Position numbers and translations under genes: made by a program. From NCBI RefSeq assembly GCF_009914755.1, contig NC_060930.1: DNA of 64,000 nucleotides; one strand, written 5' to 3'. Under the pieces are notes generated by a model. That model ran no database searches and was not told where the DNA came from. It saw only the letters and a list, made by a program, of their open reading frames with translations. The first letter of the stretch is position 1, and each line of letters starts with the position of its first letter. Origin of the DNA: the human T2T-CHM13v2.0 reference genome, Homo sapiens. This document shows positions 1 through 18,810 of the stretch, piece by piece.

Positions 1-2475
1 CTTTCCTTCTATATAAAATGAGGCTAATAGTGCTTCTAGCATCTTTCAGAATTATTTTAACAACTGTGAAATATTAAAAATAAAAATATTAAAATCTCTA
101 TAAAAGTATCTATAAAGAACTACATAAAATAATATTAAAATAATGTACTAAAGCCTGTTTCGGCCTATTACAGAGACTCCTAAACATTACAGATAGGTTC
201 TAGGGTTACATACCACTTATTCCCAAACCTAAAAATCTAGCCAACTTCTTTTCTAAGTTCAAAGCCTTATCTAAATATTTCACAAGAGTCACACTGAAAA
301 TGCCATAAACTCACCTCAAAGTCAATCCCTCCTCCTGTTTTCTCTTTCTTAATGAATCATATAACCATCCGCCCAAGGTCACAAATCAGAAACTTGAAAG
401 TTGTTCTGCTTCCCTCTCCTGTTTACTCCTAAATTCTATTGATGCAAATACCATTTGTACCTGTCTCTATCATCAGGCCTTAGTTGATTTCTTGCTTCTT
501 ACCTCTGTTTATCCTTCCGCTAGTCTCTTACCCTTGCTGTTGCAATTGATAGCTTTCTAAAGTTTAAGTCCAAATATGACGCTCTCCTAAAATTCTTTCA
601 TGGCTTGCCGTGGTTCTCAGTACAACCCCAATCCCTTTCACAAAGCTCACTAAGCCCTTTGTGATGGTCCCTGTACTCCTCCCAAGGGTCTCATTTACTT
701 ATCTCTCCTCTGCTCCAAAATCCAGATGCACTGATCTGCAGTTCCCTGAATGTGCCGTCTCTCCATGTGAATGTACTGTTAATTCTGTTCCTGGAATACT
801 GTTCTTATTTAGCTTACTCTTACAAGTCTTTAAGGTTCAGTTTAAATACCATCTCTTCCAGCAAACCACCGCACACCACTCCAGTACACACACACATACA
901 CATACACATGTAGTCCTGGCACCTCCATAGCCATAGTCTCCATAACATTTCTCGTATTGCAATTTTTGTTTCTTCTCTGTCTGTTTTCTTTACCAGATGA
1001 ACTCCTTAAGGGCAAGTACTGAGACTTTCATAGTTTTCTCTCCAACAACTTATTCTGTGCCTGGCATAAAAATGGGTAACCCTGACCAGATGTTAAGCAT
1101 TGAAGGGATCCATCCAAAGAGAATCTTCTTTTGGACCCCTGCTCAGACAGGCGAAGGGTCTCTTTAACTAGGCATGAACTTAAGAATGGCCAGCAGATGG
1201 ATACAAAGAGTTCAACGATTTAATCATAGGGCCTCTCTTATACCTATGACATTTTAAAGGAAAGCATCTGGCTATCCTTCAGATTCACAACTGAAAAGCA
1301 GCCACAGCAAGCAGGGGAAGGTCTTTGATATTAGACTAATAACCAAAAGAGAAGTTAATGGGAGAGTTTGTTCTCATGGCCTTGAGCACAGCTAGCCCTT
1401 CAAGTAGAAGTAGGTGAAAAGTCCAAAGGAGTCAGAAGGGCCAAAGAGAGACCCAACTCTTGTAGGATCAGGCTTTTAATCCCTTAACTTAGCACAGGGG
1501 AAAAACCTCCCAGCTCTGCAAGCTAACAAAATACTCTTGCTCTTGAGGGTAACACAATACTCTTTCCCTTATGCTGGGGGAGAGAAAGAGGAAGAGAAGC
1601 ATTGAACATTTCCTTAGAAATCTACTCCTTGCTTAAGAAATTATGGAAACCTACTTCCTGAAAAACAATTCCAGTCTTCATTAAAATCATGATGAAAATA
1701 GTACTGATATCTTGATACACGCAGGCACTACATAGAAATCCCAGGAGATGTGCTCTGTCCACATTAGATCTTGCTGTCTAAGGAGCCATCCCTACCCCAC
1801 AAGTTGTTCTCTGCCCACCCTTTGATGGAGACACATACATGCAATCTACCACTCCTGTGAGTATCATGGTATCCAACACAGCACAAACATTATTCAGAAA
1901 GCCAATGCCCATTCTCCCATCTATGTTAGCAGAATGAATAGATAGCTTGTTTAGATGGAGCAAGAAATAGGCAGTGAGGGACATTTGCTCAATTTTTTTT
2001 TCTGCACTGTATTTTTTTTTCTCCATCAATTATATTTCAGGCAGGTGGCAGAATCAAGATGCATACCAATGCACAAGTTGTGCGACCCCTGCCATTCTCT
2101 TGGTTGCCAAAGATGGAAATCATAACCTGGGTCTGCTGTCAACATTTTAGTAAATTCTTAACAGACTGAAAATGTATAGTTGTGTCAGTGTTTCTTGCTC
2201 TGGGCTTCATCCACATTCGTCTTAATGAGATGGCTCCAGGGAAAGAACGAAAAACCAAAGAAGATAAAGATGCTGTTATTATTTGTTGAGAATAATCATT
2301 TAGAAAACATTTTCATTTACAGAAATGTAGCTGGGAAATACGCAAAAGAGTTCCAATTATATTAAGGGATTAAGAAAGGAATCTAGAGTGAAGAGAATAT
2401 GAGAATCCTTGTGATTTAAGTCTTTCTTTTTGTATATTATACATAAAAATTTGTATAATGAGCATATATTTATAA

Positions 2476-2658
2476 TTGCTAAATTTTGCAAATAAAAATA
2501 GAAGATGTCCAGTTAAATTTAAATATCTGATAAACAATGAATATTTTTTAGTGTATGTCCCAAAGATTGCTTGGGACATACATATACCAAAAAATTATTC
2601 GTTGTTTATCTGAAACTCAAATTTAGCTAGTCATCCTCTTTTTAACCTGGCAATCCTA
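2476..2658. mobile_element. MER53 (palindromic hAT-type MITE)
   Basis: Long imperfect inverted repeat centred on tatgtcccaa-agattgc-ttgggacata, with gataaacaa/ttgtttatc arms and a terminal ctggcaatccta. Confidence 0.8.
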
Positions 2659-3015
2659 CATGTAATTAGTGGTAGTAGTTAAAAAGAAAAAATAACATAC
2701 AGAGAACATAGAAAATGCTAGCAGCGGTTCTTTCCACATGATGGAATTTCTGCTTTTATTTTCATTAAACTTTTCAGAAATTTCCAGATTTCTTGCCATA
2801 ATTTTTATAATCAGAAATAAAATGCAAATGATAGTTTTTTTGAAAAGAATCTGTGTCCAGTCAGGCCAATATTTACATAAGTTGTATTCAAAGACAACCC
2901 AGTTATTTAGAAAACAGAATCTAGGTTCCTCTTTTAGATAGTGAGCAGAAGGACTAACCAGGTATAAGAATCTATAATTGTCCACATACGAGATGGAGAG
3001 CAAGCATTTGATTTA

Positions 3016-3580
<565 letters not shown>

Positions 3581-4539
3581 AGAAAAAATATGTCTATCTA
3601 TCATGGAGCATTCCTGTCAATGAAAGTCCTGGAGCATGATGCATAGGGAAGCAGGAACTATCATTCAAAAGTGAAAAGGAGAATAGTAAGATTTTGAGAT
3701 TTTAATCATCAAAGCATACAAATTAGAAAAGTATGCATTCAAATTTCCTAATATATGATCCATCAATGCTTGTGTTTGAACTTGCACTGAACTCGTACCT
3801 TTTCTTTAAATTCAGTCACTGTCCTATGTAAGCGGCCAGTTAAAAAAACAAAACAAAGCAAACCTCATGTTTACGGGCAATGATCTTCCAACTTCAACGT
3901 TACAGACCAGGAAACCATTGAGTCTTTGCAGGCAAGCTTTTCAGAATCATGAATATTTGAGTAAAATTGCTTTATTGTTAGTAATAAAAACCTCAAGTTA
4001 TTTTTTCCATGACTTAAGAAATAGCATCAAAGAACTTTCATTAATATTCCACTTAAGTCAAAATCAGACACAAAATTTGTTTTGATTTATATTCATTTTT
4101 AAATTATTTTCACTTCATGGAATGATCTGTTGAAATTTGATGGCCTCTGTGATTTTATAAATCACCCCAGGAAATGGTTCCTCACAAATTTGTTGGGATT
4201 CTTAATAAGTTTACATGATTAATGATGATTAAAGGTTATTAAGAACTTAACATGATAAATATTAAATATCCATTCTGGTAATTACTGGCTCTTATTCAGA
4301 GTCATTTTTGCAATGAGAGATGCTGTGAATGGTGTCTGGAGGGAAACAAAAATGTCAAACACAGCCCTGCTTTTTAATAATAGCCTTAAGCTTCAACTTC
4401 TAATTTTCACTGAACAGTTTTCTAAAGCCACCTGAATCCCCCAGTAGGAGGATACATATGAAGAAGATCTTAGTAATGATAGGCAAGCTGTATCACCACT
4501 AGATAGTAGTGATTGGGCGGAGCCCTGACAACCTCACCT

Positions 4540-4760
4540 CCTGAGCCTTCTTTTCTGATTAACCCTGTTTCCACCACTTAGAGGTGTGTGAATCAGGAAG
4601 ACTATTTTAACCTCTTTGTGGCTCAACTTCCTTGTCTTTAAAATAGGGATTTTCCAAACTTGCAGATTTATTATGAAGGTTAAACTAAACATTGCACAGA
4701 AAATGCATAGTGCACTTTAAAAAAAGAAAAGGGCACTGAATAACTAGAAACTGTTCATTT
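4540..4760 (+). mobile_element. MIR relic
   Basis: MIR core-like ttttaacctctttgtggctcaacttccttgtctttaaaataggg. Confidence 0.6.
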
Positions 4761-5581
4761 TATTTGCCCCCCTCCCAAGAGGATGTCTCGGAAAAGAAAA
4801 TATGAGTCCTGCTTTGCCTGTGATTCTCAGAGGCTCTATACTTCACAGTCCATTTTCCAGGGCCTGTAGTCACCTCTTCTTTGGACCCCAAGAGAGACAT
4901 ATACTTTATGAAATTACCAAGCAGAACTAGGTCGACCAGTGTGAAGATCATGATAACAAGAGATTTTACCAGATGATTTCTCCCTTTGGGAATCTCTAGA
5001 ATTTTTAACCTGTCCGTAGTTCCCTTCATTGCTACATGGCACCACTTCAGGCCAATGTCCCTTGAAGGTGTCAGGCCACGTGGCCAGAGCGTGGGGAATG
5101 GCTCTCTGTTCTGGTAAACAGAGCCTGCAAGTATCTCTGGATTTTGGAGGATGGAGGAAGTGAAGAGCTTTTTACCAGAAGCAGCTGGTAGAACTGGTGT
5201 TTCATCGTGCGCCATTTAACACACGGAGCCAGGGATGGGCCTGCACAGTCATGCACAAGGCTAGGCTGTCACCCGTTTAGACGCTGTCTCTCATGTCACT
5301 GCTGGAAAAGTCTGCTCTTCCTTATCTAAGTCAACACATAACTGGGATGAAGCTGTTGGAATGGAACAATATGTGATGATACTAGTTTGTGGAGTATTTT
5401 CCTCTCCCTGTATTTTCCCCTTTCCTTTCCCCACTTTCAAACCAGTAGTAGGCTCTGGTCTTATTGTCTTAGGATAGCAGGTCGGGCTCTGAGTATGTTT
5501 TGGAGGATGGAGGAAGGGTAGAGCTTGTATCAGAAACAACCTGCAAGTATCTCTGGATTTTGCATTCTAAAAGTCTAAACA

Positions 5582-10550
<4,969 letters not shown>

Positions 10551-10895
10551 GTTGGGTAATGCTGCGGTAACCAAATCACACACACACACAAATCTCAGTA
10601 TTTTCTGACAACAATGCTTTATTTCTTGTTCACTTTACATGGCAGCTGTTAGTTGGCTGCAGCTCTAGTCAGCATTTTCTTCACTCTTGGATCAAGCGTA
10701 AAGCAGTTTCTCATCTGGCTATTGCCAGTCTCATGGAGGAGGAAACAGAAAATGCTAGAACCATGTGATGGTTTAAGGCTTTTGCTGGAAGTAGCACCTA
10801 GCACCCCGTGTGCCATTTCATTGGCTGAAGCAAGTCATGAAGGTCAAGCAAATCATGAAGATATATAATCCTCCAGCAGGGAGCATTCAGCACAA
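10551..10895. mobile_element. MLT1-type (ERVL-MaLR) LTR relic
   Basis: ggtaatgctgcggtaacca...aatctcagt...tttatttcttgttcac...catttcattggctgaagcaagtcatg pattern of MLT1I/J. Confidence 0.65.
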
Positions 10896-12050
10896 CTGGT
10901 TCTAGAAACACACTTTGAGAAACCCCACATTAGGGACACAGAAGATGAAAATCTCTCTGGGCCTAGGGCACCCTGCATTTCCCATGGTAGAAGAAGGAAC
11001 CAGAACAACAGGGCAGTGCAAAATTACACTCAAATCTTGGATTCTATCCCAAATTTGTTACACTTATAATTTAGACTTTTCTTTCAATTTGAGAAAAACA
11101 GTAAATAAAATGATTGTAGAATTGTCCAAAATTTCACTTCTCTAGCTTAATATGCCTAAATATTTTTAAAAGAAGAGAAACATTAAATCTTCCATTATAT
11201 TCTGCCTAAAAATTCTGATTGTCAGACTTACTCAAGAGAAAACAGAAATCTGCCTGCATCTGGTAGAAGAGAACAGAGTTTGTTTGGTTTTCTTCTTTAT
11301 GCTATTTTGGGGATTGAGCTCCATGCATTGTAAGTGAATGTAAATCACCAATGCCCTGCCCTCTTCACAGCACTTGGCTCATCTTTTCTGACAGGGCTAT
11401 GTACACATCCCCACTCGGCCTTGCCAACATGCCACTGCAGATAGGTCTGCATGACTTGATAAAAAGCAAACCGTTTTGTCCAAATAACTACTTAACTATG
11501 GGCTATATTTGAACCAATAACAAAGCTGGTTAAAGGCTTCAAAATCCCAATGATAGAACGTGGCATTCACCTACTGAAAAAAAAAGAAGATTCAAGAAAA
11601 AAGGCACAAATCCAAGGTTAATGACAGAGACTTTATTTTCTTTTCCCTCTTATTGCCCTTCCCTCTTTCACTTCTGTGTACCAGGCAGGGGACAGAGGTA
11701 ACTTGTCCCAATTAAGGAAAATAAAAATAATAGGTATGTTAATTACTACTTGGCTAATTACTGATCCTAAACCTCACTATCCTGACTGCAAGCTGAAAGC
11801 ACATTGAATTGTTTACTAATAATCCCTAAAACACCTCTATCCCAACAAATCTATATCAAACATTTCAGGAATAAGGATCACTCACTGGGTTCCTCTTCTT
11901 TAAGGAATATCTTTATACTCATAACTTAAGGCTCCTGACCTATTCAGTGCAGTAAGAAAAAGACTTTCAAAATCAGCTTTAAAAACATCACAGTTATTTG
12001 GACCCTATCTTATCTCTCGCTGCCCCACCATTAAAAGTCCCTTCATTAGA

Positions 12051-12373
<323 letters not shown>

Positions 12374-12385
12374 TTACATTACACT

Positions 12386-12479
12386 GTATATACACACACA
12401 CATACACACACACATACAGTGTTTGATTTTCTTCTTTATGCTACTTTGAGGATTGAGCTCCATGTGTTGTATATATATG

Positions 12480-12514
<35 letters not shown>

Positions 12515-12627
12515 ATATGGATATATGTGTGTGTGTATATATATGTATATATATGTGTGTGTATATATGTATGTATGTATATATGTGTATGTGTGTATAT
12601 ATATACATATACATATTTAATATATAT
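12386..12627. repeat. Compound (CA)n / (TG)n(TA)n microsatellite interrupted by a 52-bp unique insert
   Basis: Seen directly in the sequence. Confidence 0.9.
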
Positions 12628-13562
12628 AAAACACTTGCTGTTATATAACTTAAAACACATAAATTTGAACTTAAAATTATATGTCATAGAATTTTACATA
12701 ACATTATATATAATTTTATATAATAGCTACATGTTGATAGCTAGAGACTATGATTGATATCTTCTATTTAAATAAAACATCTTCAAGGTAGCTTTAACTG
12801 GTGCCCTTTAAAAAACCAGGAACTGGCCCAGTGACTGTGTTTTATGAATGTGTTATTTTATTCTCTCCTGGGCCACATGTTTTAAACAACATAATTAATA
12901 AGTCTTGCATTTTCATCTCTGCCAAAAAGTTATTTGGTTCATGAACCATGGGTTTGACCTAGGTTTGACTGTACCTGAATGAAACTAGTCCTTGTTCTGA
13001 GCCATGTGTCATCAGGATTTAAAACCAATTCTTCACGTAGACATGATGGATATGCTGGCTCTTCAGAAATGCACAGCTAGAGAGAGGCTGGATACAAAAG
13101 AAGTATTTCAAGTCCCTTAAGTAGCTTTGTGCAACACAAGTTATTTCGTACTGCCTAAAATGAGCACAAACCCAGCAGTGTTCACAAAACCATAACCCAC
13201 ACTCTTTCCTCCTCCAGATGGTCTTCACAGTAATCTAATTAAATTATTTTGTTAGCTAAAACCTATCATTGCAATATAATGAAAACTTCCTAGTAACTTA
13301 CAACCTAGAAGTCACAGCCAATCATCTTGAAACATCATGCTGTTTTGCCACTTGATGTTTATTATGAAATTGTCCAGAAAAATGGAATATGATATTTTAG
13401 TATTTATCTAGGCTATTAAGAATATACATTTTAGTTATAGCTTTGGATAAGTGTTATAAATTATTTTTCTGACTTTTAACAAAGTTCTTCCAACCAAAGA
13501 ACTGGAGGAAATGTAAAAAAAGAAGAAAAGGCTAAGGCTGTGTTAACAAAGACCACAGTCGT

Positions 13563-13866
13563 GGCTGGGCGTGGTGACTCACGCCTGTAATCCCAGCATT
13601 TTGGGAGGCTGAGGCGGGCGGATCACGAGGTCAGGAGATCGAGACCATCCTGGCTAACACGGTGAAACCCCGTCTCTACTAAAAAAAAATACAAAAAATT
13701 AGCCGGGCATGGTGGTGGGAGCCTGTAGTCCCAGCTACTCAGGAGGCTGGGGCAGGAGAATGGCCTGAACCTGGGAGGCGGAGCTTGCAGTGAGCCGAGA
13801 TCGCACCACTGCACTCCAGCGTGGGTGACAGAGCAAGACTCCGTCTCAAAAAAAAAACAAAAACAA
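13563..13866 (+). mobile_element. AluY
   Basis: AluY diagnostics (gatcacgagg, gagatcgagaccatcctggctaacacgg). 18-bp TSD AACAAAGACCACAGTCRT (13545-13562 / 13867-13884). Confidence 0.95.
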
Positions 13867-13935
13867 AACAAAGACCACAGTCATAAGCAAACTTGGCTGA
13901 GGCAAATAGGAACTTCACGTAAGAAAGAAAATAAC

Positions 13936-15171
<1,236 letters not shown>

Positions 15172-16339
15172 AAGAAGGAAAAGAACGTATATGTCATTGA
15201 ATTGTAAATATTTCATGGAAATTTTTAAATTTCTTTTTTACTAGCTTCAGATTCCCTTTAGAATCTGAATCCGGTTGCCTAAACCTTAAGCTAATAGCAA
15301 ACAAAAGAAACACCTTCCGTCATTCTTCCAATCCCATTTATGCATAGCAAAACTTGCAAAAAATTATAAAGCAACGCTTTAGAAATTGATAGACAATAAA
15401 TTTGTTAGTTTTGCTACTTCAAGAACATAAAAGGTCATTTTCCAAGAGACTGATAAAGAAAATTTCTGTCCCACAGAGGAGTAATAATTTAAGGGATTAG
15501 TGTTTTCATCATGCTCTTTTCCTCTATCTCAGTAGATTATGCTCATTCATTCTCAACTAAAACTAAAACAGCAACTTCTTCATCTACCTGTCACAAATCT
15601 ACCTTTATCCACACTCATGTTCTTTGTTTTCTCCTTTGATGAGGGAAATCTCCCTCCCTATGAAATATCTCCTCTTATTCTCTGGAACCCATACCCTTTT
15701 ACCTTCACAAGGACATCACTTTTGCAATTGTTTCTTTTTTCCACCATCCTCTACTTATTTTTTCCCTCTGGATCACTCCATTGGCACATGGACATGTTTC
15801 TGTTGTCCACTCTCAAAAAACACATAGCAATAGCAATGAAAGCAAACTCCCTTAGATCCCACGGAACCCTCAATACCTGACTCACTGCCCTGCTTCTCTT
15901 CACAGAAAAACTTCTTGAACTTGTATCCATCCATTCACAGTCTTCACTTCCTAACCCCTTTTAAACTTCAGTCTACTCCTATCAGTCTTTCATCTTACAC
16001 ACCACTGACTGCTTTGGCCAGGGTCACCACAAGCTGTACATTGTACTTCCAAGGGTCTATCTGCCACCATGTTATATAAACTCTCAGCAGCTCTCAAAGA
16101 GGTGACCATTCCCTTCTTCTTGAAGCACTTTCCTCTTAGGGAATCAATGAGTCCATAATTTCCTTACTCTCCATCTATGTCTCTGCCATTTATTTTCTTT
16201 CTTTATGTGCTACTCATCCTTGGCCCAATCTCTAAGATTAGAAGGGCTCAGGATTCAGTCTTCCTACTGTATGTTATCTCCTTGGGTTATCTCATCAAAT
16301 CTCATGGCTTTTAATGCTATTTATGTTCCAATGACTAAG

Positions 16340-16790
16340 GAGTCATCAAGTAGGACTCTCATACTGCAAATAACAAAAAATCAAACTCTGTCCTAAATAA
16401 TAAAGGGTTTTTTTGGCTCACATAACTGAAAATTCCTCAAGCAAGATAATCCTGAAGGCTCAATGATGTCATCAGAGGATCAATTTCTTTTCAGCTCTCT
16501 GTCCTGCCTTCTATTTTATTAGTTTCATCCTCAAAGCAATGTCCCTTATGTTGACAAAGTGGCTGCAGCAGTTCCAGGCTTCACATCCACAAATCATATC
16601 ATCCAAAATGAGAGGGAAATTTGATTTATGGTAGATTTTTCAGTGTTCTCCGAGGGGAATAAAATATTATTTTTTAGAAGATCCCAGAAAATGAGATTCT
16701 ACATGTCCTATTTGCCAAATGTTTTACAGACCTACTCCTAATCCAATTTCTTTGGAAAGGTTAATGTCATGTGCAGAATGGCTTAGATCT
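16340..16790. mobile_element. MLT1-type LTR relic embedded in an L2 relic
   Basis: aggactctc..tgcaaataacaaaaaatcaaactc..ttggctcacataactgaaaa pattern. Confidence 0.55.
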
Positions 16791-16819
16791 AGTTTACTTT
16801 AATCAATAAATATAATGTG

Positions 16820-17150
<331 letters not shown>

Positions 17151-17333
17151 TCAATATCTACACCAGACTCCAGGTGAGGAGTCGGTTCCCTCTGAATAAT
17201 ATGGGTGTCACATGATAGTGGTAGGAAAGAAGGGACAGTGGGGAGGTAACCACTATACCCATATATAATATTCAAAATGATGCTTTATTTTTTTCTCTCC
17301 TCTGAGCTCCAGACTTAAGTATCCAACTATTTA

Positions 17334-17670
17334 CAGTCAACTGCCATATAATGACATTTCAGTCAACAACATACTGCATGTACAATGGTGGTACCGTAAC
17401 ATTATAATACTATATTTTTACTGTACCTTCTCTATGTTTAGACATGTTTAGATACACAAATACTTAGCACTGTGTCACAATTGCCTACAGTATTCAGCAC
17501 AGTAACATGCTGTACAGGTGTGTAGACTAGACTATGCTATAAAGCCTAAATGTTTAGTAGGCTATACCAACTAGGTTTGTGTAAGTACACTGTATGATGT
17601 TCACACCATTTAAAAAATTGCCTAATGATACGTTTCTCAGAATATATTCTCATGAAGTGACGCATGACTG
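17334..17670. mobile_element. Tigger3a/MER7A-like TcMar DNA transposon
   Basis: TIR ends CAGTCA...TGACTG, preceded by TA. Internal tgtttagatacacaaatactta/taggtttgtgtaagtacac signature. Confidence 0.8.
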
Positions 17671-18537
17671 AATTTAACATCTCCATGTGACATGACCAAG
17701 CTAACCCTCTCTTGCTACCATATGCCCTCACTAAATCTGGTTTCTCCTCCAATATTCCCTTATCAGTAATTGGCATCACTATATATTACTTTGCTAAGAC
17801 CAGAATTCGGAGATTACCTTTGACTCTTTGCTTTTCCTTACCCAATAATCTAATCCATGAGTGAGTTCTATTGGTTCCATCTTCCAATTATATTCTAAAG
17901 CTATTCATTTCTCTGTCTGCCTCCATTATCACCCTTAGGTCCAAGCCATCATTATCTCTTGCCTAAACTACTGCAATCACCAACTGTCATCCTGATTCCT
18001 TTCTTGCCTTCCTATAATTCATTCTCTATACAACCTCTAGAATGGTCTTTTAAAAATATAAGATCATGTCATCGACCTGCCTAAGTCCCGTCATTGGCTT
18101 CCTAGCTCCTTTAGATAAAAAAACCCCTCAACTTTAGGTGTTAGATGGAGGCCCTCCAACATCTGGCTTATGTCCACCTCTCCATTATTATCTCATTTCA
18201 CTTTCTTCTCTATATTCCAGACACACAGATTTTTTTTTACCGCATCCTATACATGGGCAGCTTGGACCTATTTTCATTGTTGAATGTTTATAGGCCCCAA
18301 CAGCCCATTCTGTGGCCATAATTTCTTATCCCTCTAGTGCCCTCACTGGATCACTCATTCATTATGTTCTCCAGGCCCTTGACTACATGATTCACAAGTA
18401 TATCAGGTCTTCCACCCACACTTCCTTCCCATCCACCCTAGACAACATGGAGAAAATTATACAATTATACAAATTAGTACCATTGTCTCATGTGATCTTT
18501 GGCCTTGTCTATCCCCAACATACTGTTTGACAATCTT

Positions 18538-18810
18538 GGCTGGGCATGGTGGCTCACACCTGTAATCCAAGCACTTTGGGAGACTGAGGCAGGTGGATCA
18601 CTTGAGCTCAGGAATTCAAGGCCAGCCTGGGCAACATGGCAAAACCCCATCCCATACATGGTAGAGCATGCCTGTGGTCCCAGCTACTCAGGAGGCTGAG
18701 GTGGAAGGATCACTGGAGCCCAGGAAGTTATGGCTGCAGTGAGCCATGATCATGCCACTGCACTCCAGCCTGGGTGACAAAGTGACACCCCATCACAAAC
18801 AAACAAACAG
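18538..18810 (+). mobile_element. AluJ
   Basis: J-type diagnostics (gagcccaggaag, gctgcagtgagccatgatcat). TSD GACAATCTT. Confidence 0.9.

Noticed and set aside
12419-12757. ORFs rich in V/C/Y/I or H/T/I
   Set aside because: Translation of the dinucleotide microsatellite.
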